Assembly: GCA_003552745.1 (NCBI GenBank) | Contig: PUOG01000134.1 | Span: 1 to 39,998, forward strand | DNA from: Spirochaetaceae bacterium | GTDB lineage: Bacteria; Spirochaetota; Spirochaetia; DSM-27196; SKKC01 | Length of the DNA: 39,998 nt | Reading direction: 5' to 3' | Part shown: in pieces, positions 8,513-15,181 of the stretch | Numbering within the stretch: position 1 is the first letter of the stretch | Layout: the number at the start of each line of letters is the position of its first letter | Notes under the pieces: generated by a model | Database searches by the model: none | Seen by the model: the letters and a program-made list of their open reading frames with translations, nothing else | Told to the model about the DNA's origin: nothing | Position numbers and translations under genes: made by a program

Positions 8513-9097
8513 CTACCGTACCCGGCCGCGCACGAGATTGCGGATGATGCGGCGAATGAACCGGCGAAGTCCGAAGCGTGCCTCAGAACCTACCGTGCGA
8601 GCTACCTCGTTACTCAGAGATCCCCCTCGCACGCGCCTGCCCCCGACACCGACCCCGCCACGCGCTCCCGGCGCACGACGCCCCGCGCGCCGACCGACAC
8701 CGAGACCGCCGCCCCCGAACGCCGAGAGAATCCCGCCGCCGCCGCCGGCGTCCGTCGCCGCACGATCTCCGGTTCCGCCACCTGTCGCGACCGGCTCGAA
8801 GGAAAACTCACGTTTCCACTCGGTGCGGCCGTTCATCGCATCGACGAAAATCCGCTGCACCGCGGCCGTATCGAGATTCGCCCCCGAGCTCGAGTACATA
8901 CCGGAGCCGTCACGATACTCGACGATGAGCGCACCGGACGATCCCGCCGCCTGCACGAATCCCGCCTCTCCGAGGTCCAGAATGCAGTGATCGACAGAGG
9001 ACCCGATCGCCCCGACGCTCCCACGGACCGCGTCCTCCGACGGACTCTCCACCACCCTGCCAACCGAATCCTCCAGCCGAACCGTATTCGGACGCAT
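8513..9097 (-). CDS. hypothetical protein: small globular N-domain plus Gly-rich linker and Arg-rich amphipathic C-terminal tail
   Basis: ATG at 9097 is preceded by GGAAGGAGGA. The C-terminus reads GGGGGILSAFGGGGLGVGRRAGRRAPGARGGVGVGGRRVRGG...RFGLRRFIRRIIRNLVRGRVR. Confidence 0.5.
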   Translation of the reverse strand: MRPNTVRLEDSVGRVVESPSEDAVRGSVGAIGSSVDHCILDLGEAGFVQAAGSSGALIVEYRDGSGMYSSSGANLDTAAVQRIFVDAMNGRTEWKREFSFEPVATGGGTGDRAATDAGGGGGILSAFGGGGLGVGRRAGRRAPGARGGVGVGGRRVRGGSLSNEVARTVGSEARFGLRRFIRRIIRNLVRGRVR

Positions 9098-9367
9098 ACC
9101 ACTATCCTCCTTCCGGTAACCTTGCAATTTGCGGACCCATACCCAACAGTTCGATTGTAGCACCGCTCCCACCCGACGGCTGCGTCACACACCGCCGTGC
9201 GACGGCAACAAGTCCCTCTACCTGTCTCGCAAACACCAGCACATCGGCTATCAGAGTTTCTCTTACGTGGATGCGACATTCGCCAATTGCGTGACCGAGC
9301 ACCGCACAGAACAATAGATCGAGGTCCACGGAGACCTCGCTTATTTCGACACTGGAGAGGACTGAGC

Positions 9368-9973
9368 ATGAAACGGAAAAACCCTTTTAGTCTGCCCATG
9401 TTCGTGTTCGCCGCGCTGGTTACATTCGCGACGATGGCGGTTCTTGCGTGTGACAACACTGTCGGTCCCAATGACGATGACGACATCCAGCGTGACGCCA
9501 CACAACCGACCGGTGAGGGTTGGCTTGAAATAGGAGCGGACGAGTACGTCCTGAGTAAGCTCTACTTCGAGCATGTGGAAAACCGCCAGATCGACATGCA
9601 TTTGGTGTGCGACGGACTGACGATGACAGAAAGCGGGCATACCGGCACGGGGACAATGCTCTGGTTTGAATTGGTTTTTCCGGAGGATTCGGTTACTGCA
9701 GGCGATTTCACGTACGAGTCGGATCCCGATCCCGACGACGATCCAAACACGTTCTCGGATGATTCATTTATCGCCCTCGACTATGAGTTTATCCCCGAAG
9801 ATTGGGATAAGCACGCATATCTGGTAGGAGGCGAACTCACGATCTCGATAAGCGGCACAACCTACACCGTCAGTGGTGAAGTTGAGCTGGATCATCCTCA
9901 TGGAGATTTCGACCACAGATGGGCAACGTTCTACTATCAAGGACCAGTTACCGATAGCCTCTGGTTCGATTGA
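9368..9973 (+). CDS. lipoprotein, paralog 1 of an island-bounding pair
   Basis: ATG at 9368 is preceded by GGAGAGGA. The lipobox is MAVLAC-DN. It is alignable by eye to the 20037-20513 product: LACDN, Y-LS-LYFE, SV-AG-F-Y, NTFS-DS, GE--IS--G-TYT-SG-V, F-Y-GPV. Confidence 0.7.
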   Translation: MKRKNPFSLPMFVFAALVTFATMAVLACDNTVGPNDDDDIQRDATQPTGEGWLEIGADEYVLSKLYFEHVENRQIDMHLVCDGLTMTESGHTGTGTMLWFELVFPEDSVTAGDFTYESDPDPDDDPNTFSDDSFIALDYEFIPEDWDKHAYLVGGELTISISGTTYTVSGEVELDHPHGDFDHRWATFYYQGPVTDSLWFD

Positions 9974-9977
9974 TAGT

Positions 9978-10063
9978 CTACCGATAGAATGCGGCCGGCA
10001 GAGGATGGGAGGGCGTCTCTCTGTACTGCTCTGCCGGTTGGGGTATTCGGTGTCTATCGGCAG
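9978..10063. terminator. nested inverted repeats between convergent genes (candidate terminator or structured RNA)
   Basis: Outer arms are CTACCGATAG (9978-9987) and CTATCGGCAG (10054-10063), 9 of 10 complementary. Inner arms are CCGGCAGAG (9995-10003) and CTCTGCCGG (10029-10037), perfect 9 bp. There is no clear U-tract. Confidence 0.3.
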
Positions 10064-10099
10064 TTCGGGTAGCTGTCTGGTCGTGGAGCCTTCCTCCGG

Positions 10100-10364
10100 C
10101 CGCCCGGCATGCCGCACGAGATCCATCAATTCGCACAGACCCAGCTCGAGGCAGTTGTGAAGGTGCAGTGTTCCGGTGGCCCTATTGCTAGTGCCGAGGC
10201 CGAAAGCGATGTTCTTGTTGATGATACACTCGGCGAGCAGGGAGAATGCCTCGCGTTCCCGGTCGGTAAGACGAAGCGCGCGATCTCAGCTCCGGAACGG
10301 CCCCACGCGGAATACTCCACATAACAGGCGATCTTTGCCCGGGGCTGTCCAGAACCGCCCCGCG
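10100..10364 (-). pseudogene. decayed NarL/FixJ (LuxR-type) regulator gene: linker plus HTH remnant, receiver domain missing, in-frame TGA
   Basis: A single minus-strand frame reads ...GVFRVGPFRS*DRALRLTDREREAFSLLAECIINKNIAFGLGTSNRATGTLHLHNCLELGLCELMDLVRHAG. It aligns to the intact paralogs, for example GYECLSAREKQVFAMLAEGMTNKDVAFTLGISYKTVETHHVRIYRKLGLCGPLDLVRYAA. The TGA is at 10288-10286, and no start codon lies downstream of it before the HTH. Confidence 0.55.
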
Positions 10365-10387
10365 CATCGTACCTCAGTCGTATTTTG
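10365..10387 (-). repeat. copy A of an exact 23-nt repeat (plus strand catcgtacctcagtcgtattttg)
   Basis: Identical to 13589-13611 in the same orientation; flanking bases differ on both sides. Lies immediately upstream (minus sense) of the LuxR relic. Confidence 0.9.
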
Positions 10388-10491
10388 AGCCCGTTGTCGG
10401 CGCTCTTCGCGCTGGGCATTCACACTGTTGTGCGGACAATGGGCACTCCGGCTCGGGGCAGCTACGCAAATGTCCTACTGTAATCAGCATC

Positions 10492-11676
10492 TTGCTCATT
10501 GCTTTCCGATCGCACTGCTCAAAGAATACTTGTATGGCGACGGGAGTGCCGGAAGTGGAACTATCGCGTTCTTCGAGTCTCGGGTTCAACCGGGCTACTC
10601 CGGGTCTTACGGCGGTTGAAGGCCGGGGGCGCGACGCCGGCAAAGAGAGGGGCCATCCACCGGTTGTCCGGTATGCAGTGAGTATCGCCGTGACAGCGGC
10701 AATGCTCTTGGCAGCAGTGCTTCTCGGAAACTGTCACTGGCAACCGCAGGGCCGCGAAGCGACGGCGACGCTAACTATGCAGGCCTTTGATCTCACTCCT
10801 CAATCGGAGATTCGGGTACGCTTCTACGAAGGAAACTCGGTACTCACACATATAAGCGAACAAGGGGGCCAGTTCGGCGGTTTGAGTTATGGAAATGGGC
10901 TGCAACAGCTCTCTCCAGCTTCGGTAGCAGGCGCGATAGAGCATACCTTCACCATGAGCGGCCACGTGGGAACCCTCACTATAGCAGGCATTCCGGTCAA
11001 TACGCCCTACACTGTCGTGCTGGAACGGCTTGGAGCCCACGACAACCGCCTCGGCGCGCTGGAGTTGGGTCCGCTCGGTGTCTCGAATGACCGGTCCCAA
11101 TATGCGGAGAATATCGAGTTTCTCAGTCATATCGGGTTCTCAAGTGAGACGTTCGAGATAGCTGCGGGTGACTCGACAACGCTTGAGATCCAGTTGTCGC
11201 AGACTGCCCTGGGAACCCTGGACCTCTATGATGTCGAGGGGAACTCACTGATCTTAGCTGAGGACTTTAACACCTTCTTCGAGCTCGTAGCCGTCCCGAT
11301 CGGTGAGGAAATCTCGATCGACCATCTCCTGGGTACCGGAGGATTCGAGGATTTCATCTCGCCGGGGTTGATTAACGCATGGTACGAGGAAAGTGTGCGG
11401 GAAAGAGTAGTTCGACCGGTATCAACTGGGGACAGCGGTTCGGATGATCCACGAGAACTACTCAATCCTTCGGGAGAGTTCCTGCTCGTCAGCGCTGTTC
11501 TCCCGGGCCTTCGTTTCCAGCTCATAGCCACCATTGTAGAGAACCGGGACCTTGACGCAGCCTTCGGCGACGGCGGAGTTGTCGGTATTTCCGAGCCATT
11601 CACGTTGCGGACCGGTGAGACCCGGAACCTCGAGATAACCGCCCACACCATTGGACAGATGGGGTACGTACCGTGA
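10492..11676 (+). CDS. hypothetical exported/lipoprotein-like protein (start uncertain)
   Basis: 394-aa maximal ORF. The only hydrophobic segment, AVSIAVTAAMLLAAVLLGNC, starts near residue 62, so an in-frame GTG at 10678 (332 aa) may be the real start. The rest looks beta-rich. No family recognised. Confidence 0.5.
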   Translation: MLIAFRSHCSKNTCMATGVPEVELSRSSSLGFNRATPGLTAVEGRGRDAGKERGHPPVVRYAVSIAVTAAMLLAAVLLGNCHWQPQGREATATLTMQAFDLTPQSEIRVRFYEGNSVLTHISEQGGQFGGLSYGNGLQQLSPASVAGAIEHTFTMSGHVGTLTIAGIPVNTPYTVVLERLGAHDNRLGALELGPLGVSNDRSQYAENIEFLSHIGFSSETFEIAAGDSTTLEIQLSQTALGTLDLYDVEGNSLILAEDFNTFFELVAVPIGEEISIDHLLGTGGFEDFISPGLINAWYEESVRERVVRPVSTGDSGSDDPRELLNPSGEFLLVSAVLPGLRFQLIATIVENRDLDAAFGDGGVVGISEPFTLRTGETRNLEITAHTIGQMGYVP

Positions 11677-11782
11677 CGGTCACGTCAGGGTGGAACGAAT
11701 GGGAAAGAGTTGGGTCGAGTGGAAGAATGCAGGCCGTGCAGCCGGCCCACCACACCTGAGCCATAGAGGACAGGAGGCGGGT

Positions 11783-12682
11783 ATGAGACAGGCAAGACAG
11801 AGACATTGGTGGCGGTGTTCGATAGTGACACTCGCTGTGGTAACCGTGCTCGTGGCGCTGAGCGGGTGCGAAAGCGCGGATGTACTGGGGGCGGACGTGA
11901 CCTCGGCAACGGATACTGAGTCCGGATTCGATACGGAGGATGATCCCGGTCCCTACACGGTAACCTACGACGCCAATGGCGCCACCGATGGAGCCGCACC
12001 TTCTGCGCAGACGAAGACTCATGGTGAGGACCTGACGCTTGCAGACAACGACGGAAATCTTCAGCGGAGGGGAGATAACTTCACCGGGTGGAACACCGCA
12101 GCTGACGGAACCGGTACCGACTACTATTCAGGTGCCATCTACACGACGGATGCGGATCTCACACTGTACGCGAAGTGGACGCCGGTCCATCAGATAGGCG
12201 ACCTCAGGTTGTTCGGGATCGTGTTCTATGACAAGGGGGAATACACCGACGACTGGCGCTACCTCGAGGTTGCTCATGTATCGACCGAATGGACGGGGAT
12301 CGTTTGGGGCGGATTCGGCACGGAGGTCGGTCCATCTGCGCAGGGAACTTCCATCGGAACCGGACGGGCAAACACGGAAGCAATCCTCGCTGAACTCGGC
12401 GATGGCGGGTATGCGGCAAGACGGTGTGCAGATCTCAGCCTATCGCTTCTTCTTCCAGGTTTTTCGCCGGTGGATGACTGGTTCCTGCCGTCCAAGGAGG
12501 AGCTGAATCTGATATACGAGAACCTTCATCTTGAAGGGTTAGGCGATTTCACTGACGCCGGGTATTGGAGTTCCTCCGAGTTGGACTCGGATATGGCCTA
12601 TTTCCAGTACTTCGGCGATGGGTTTCAGTTCCCGCTCGACAAATCTATGGAGTACAGAGTACGCGCTGTTCGAGCCTTTTAG
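11783..12682 (+). CDS. lipoprotein with InlB B-repeat (Listeria-Bacteroides repeat) and C-terminal DUF1566 (Lcl C-terminal-like) domain
   Basis: ATG at 11783 is preceded by AGGAGG. The lipobox is VALSGC. YTVTYDANGATDGAAP...GDNFTGWNTAADGTGTDYYSG...LTLYAKW is the InlB B-repeat pattern. WFLPSKEELNLIY...GYWSSSE...YRVRAVRAF is the DUF1566 pattern. Confidence 0.7.
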   Translation: MRQARQRHWWRCSIVTLAVVTVLVALSGCESADVLGADVTSATDTESGFDTEDDPGPYTVTYDANGATDGAAPSAQTKTHGEDLTLADNDGNLQRRGDNFTGWNTAADGTGTDYYSGAIYTTDADLTLYAKWTPVHQIGDLRLFGIVFYDKGEYTDDWRYLEVAHVSTEWTGIVWGGFGTEVGPSAQGTSIGTGRANTEAILAELGDGGYAARRCADLSLSLLLPGFSPVDDWFLPSKEELNLIYENLHLEGLGDFTDAGYWSSSELDSDMAYFQYFGDGFQFPLDKSMEYRVRAVRAF

Positions 12683-12875
12683 CCACATTCGATGGTATCC
12701 TGGGGAGTGAATCGGCAGGAAGGTCTTAAGCCCCCTGCCGGAACACGTCCCGGAACCCGATCTTGACGACGCCATATAAGGACTCTGTGGTACAAGAGAA
12801 GGGCTACCCGCCCATTGCGGCGCCCTCATAGCGGTTCGGGCGAGCGCATCTCGAGCTTACCTGTTGTGTGGCTGC

Positions 12876-13556
12876 TCAGACAGCGACCCACTGCTCCACT
12901 TCGATCAGGCCGATCGCCGCCGCGTATCGAATCAGGTCGACCGTGTCATGCAGATCGAGTTTGCGCATGATGCGAAGATGATGGGTCTGTACCGTTTTGT
13001 AGCTTATTCGCAGTTCGCATGCGATCGATTTGTTGTTCATGCCGTGTGCCAGAAGGCGGAGAACCTCCCGCTCCCGAGCCGTCAGCGAAGCGTATCCGCT
13101 ATCCGTACATGGAAACACCTCTTCAGAGATCGTGGCAACACTGCTGATGAGCGCGCCCGCCAGTTCCGGATCGACGTAGCACTGTCCTCGAAGCACGGCC
13201 CGTACCGCCGCCACCAGATGATCGCCGGCGGCGTTTCTAGACACGAAGCCCTCGGCTCCGGTAGCCGCCGCCGCCCGTATGCGCTGTGGTCCACAGCCTG
13301 GGGCCAGAACGACGATGCGTGCGTCTGCACACAGCTCCTTGATCTGTTTCAACACTCGCAGCGCTTCGGTTTCGCTTGATCCGAGGTCGGCGATCACCAC
13401 GTCCGGCGCGGTTTCCGAACAGAGCACCAGGACATCGGTTGCGCTTCTGGCCTCACCGACGACTCGGACACCCGGTTCACCGGACAGGATCACGCGTACC
13501 CCTTCAAACAACAATGGACAGTCGTGAACCATCACAACCCGTGCAGCTCGTTCCAT
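12876..13556 (-). CDS. NarL/FixJ-family (LuxR HTH) response-regulator-like protein with atypical receiver
   Basis: 226-aa ORF. The C-terminal HTH is LTAREREVLRLLAHGMNNKSIACELRISYKTVQTHHLRIMRKL. The receiver keeps the putative phospho-Asp (PDVVIAD). It reads HD where DD is expected, A where the conserved Thr is expected, and GFVSR where the conserved Lys is expected. Confidence 0.8.
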   Translation of the reverse strand: MERAARVVMVHDCPLLFEGVRVILSGEPGVRVVGEARSATDVLVLCSETAPDVVIADLGSSETEALRVLKQIKELCADARIVVLAPGCGPQRIRAAAATGAEGFVSRNAAGDHLVAAVRAVLRGQCYVDPELAGALISSVATISEEVFPCTDSGYASLTAREREVLRLLAHGMNNKSIACELRISYKTVQTHHLRIMRKLDLHDTVDLIRYAAAIGLIEVEQWVAV

Positions 13557-13588
13557 TGCTACACTATGGGTGACGCAAGCCCTTCACA

Positions 13589-13611
13589 CATCGTACCTCA
13601 GTCGTATTTTG
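13589..13611 (-). repeat. copy B of the exact 23-nt repeat, 33-55 nt upstream of the regulator ATG at 13556
   Basis: Identical to 10365-10387. In minus sense it reads CAAAATACGACTGAGGTACGATG. It lies in the 67-nt gap between the 7TM-LuxR gene stop and the regulator start. Confidence 0.9.
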
Positions 13612-13623
13612 CGTTTGATTCCG

Positions 13624-14910
13624 CTATCTATCGGCCGGAATACGGATAAGATGGCGATCGGCGCAGTGGCTGGAAATGAAGTGGTTGTCTCTGAGAAGTC
13701 CGTAGAGCTGGATACGATTGTCGATGCCGAGTTTGTCGAAAATATGGGTGATATGCGTCTTCACCGTTCGCTCCGAGATAAACAAATGCTCGGCAATCGC
13801 GGCGTTCGTGTGCCCGGCGAGGATCTGCTCGATGATCTCCGCTTCGCGACGGGTGATACCCGCGATGAGCTCCGGGCGCTGGGTGCCGGACACCTGCTGC
13901 CCGACGAACACGTACCCGATACGGTTGCCCGCCTTGTCTCGAAGCGCGGATGCCTTTACGTCGAGGAGCCCGTTCGATACCCCGTGATTTCGCAGGTCAA
14001 CAACGACCGATACCGATGGTGAGCGATTCCCGCTGCGTGCATCGATCATCTCGCACAGCTGTGTCCCGCCACCGAAGAGGTCGTCGAGCGCGACTCCCTG
14101 TAACGATTCACTCGGTCTCTCGAACAGAAGCGACGCCTCCTCATTCACACATTGCACCGTCCGTCGATTGTCGATGATCGCCACAACGTAGCCGGGAAAA
14201 GCCGTCAGCGCAATCTCTTCCAGCCGCGGCGGGGCAGTGAGGAAGTGGAAGCGATCAACGAGATAGCCGAAACAGAGCAGCCACAGCAGCTTGAACAGCA
14301 ACACGCTTCCCTGCGACGGGACTCGAAACAGAAGCGGCACGATAACGGCCTCCGTGAAGGTGATCACCATCAGGATTACCACCGACGCCCCGAGTACGCG
14401 GAATACCCGCCTTTCCCGCACGGTGGCGGAGGCGCGCGCCCTCTTGAAATAGACGACGGCGGCCGCTACGTAATAGGCGAACCAGATCACCAGCATACTG
14501 AAAAACGCCGCAGAACCGTAGTGGTGGTTAAATTGCCACGTCCCGTTGACCAGAGCAAAGTCGCTCAGATAGTCGTTGTGCAGCCGGAACAGCGCCGCCG
14601 AGATCACGCACGGAAGGTAGATGAAATAGACAAGCCGATATCGTCGTGGGGTTCGTTCGGTAACGGCAAGCGCAAAGTGCAGAAACGCACCGAAGTGCAG
14701 CAACTGGAGGAGCCACCCAACGAAAAACAGGCGTCGAAAGGCATCCAGATCGACCGTCGAATGGGCAAACATTGCGATGACGGCCCAAGTTCCCAGGAAC
14801 ACCGACATCAGCAGAAACGCCTGTCGAGCACGGGAGGCGGTATCTCCGCGTACGACCAGATATCCGAGCAGAAACGAAAAGAAGCCGGTTAACGCCGCAA
14901 CACTCACCAT
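13624..14910 (-). CDS. membrane-integral one-component regulator: N-terminal multi-TM (7TM-like) sensor, PAS-like domain and LuxR-type HTH
   Basis: 428-aa ORF. About 220 aa form successive hydrophobic helices. A PAS-like segment follows (YVVAIIDNRRTVQCVNEEASLLF...RDKAGNRIGYVFVGQQVS). The C-terminus is ITRREAEIIEQILAGHTNAAIAEHLFISERTVKTHITHIFDKLG. Confidence 0.75.
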   Translation of the reverse strand: MVSVAALTGFFSFLLGYLVVRGDTASRARQAFLLMSVFLGTWAVIAMFAHSTVDLDAFRRLFFVGWLLQLLHFGAFLHFALAVTERTPRRYRLVYFIYLPCVISAALFRLHNDYLSDFALVNGTWQFNHHYGSAAFFSMLVIWFAYYVAAAVVYFKRARASATVRERRVFRVLGASVVILMVITFTEAVIVPLLFRVPSQGSVLLFKLLWLLCFGYLVDRFHFLTAPPRLEEIALTAFPGYVVAIIDNRRTVQCVNEEASLLFERPSESLQGVALDDLFGGGTQLCEMIDARSGNRSPSVSVVVDLRNHGVSNGLLDVKASALRDKAGNRIGYVFVGQQVSGTQRPELIAGITRREAEIIEQILAGHTNAAIAEHLFISERTVKTHITHIFDKLGIDNRIQLYGLLRDNHFISSHCADRHLIRIPADR

Positions 14911-15181
14911 CCCGGTGTCTCCTCAGGCCGGGGCGATGCGGTTTCCAGCGCCTCCGGAGCTACATGCAGCAGACACAGCGGAGCTGACCGCACGGTTCTC
15001 GATAATATTTGCAGCTATTCTCACCCGGTTTCGTGCACTGCGCAACCGTTCCCTTCTCGCCCCCCCGGTGAGCTCCGGAAAAAGCGTATGCGATCCGCGT
15101 GCCGAGCACCGGTCATCGCCGGGCTGCGTCGAGCGCATCGGAGTCGCTCGTTTCGGGCGGGGTCGGTCTTTCACGGCAACA

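Noticed and set aside
9764-10419. Track ORFs 9764-10129 (121 aa) and 10126-10419 (97 aa) as possible small genes in the 0.5-kb gap after the first island lipoprotein.
   Set aside because: Their frames run across the LuxR-type relic. One merely continues the decayed HTH frame past its natural end. The other is an out-of-frame read with low-complexity Ser/Ala/Arg content. Neither has an SD-like sequence.
13600-13608. Resemblance to the phage T7 promoter: the reverse complement of the 23-mer contains AATACGACT, and 20578-20586 (reverse complement) reads TAATACGAC, identical to the first 9 nt of TAATACGACTCACTATAG.
   Set aside because: The CACTATAG initiation half that is conserved among T7, T3, SP6 and K11 promoters is absent in all cases. 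No single-subunit RNA polymerase or other phage gene is present. A 9-nt match is explainable by chance or by a host motif.
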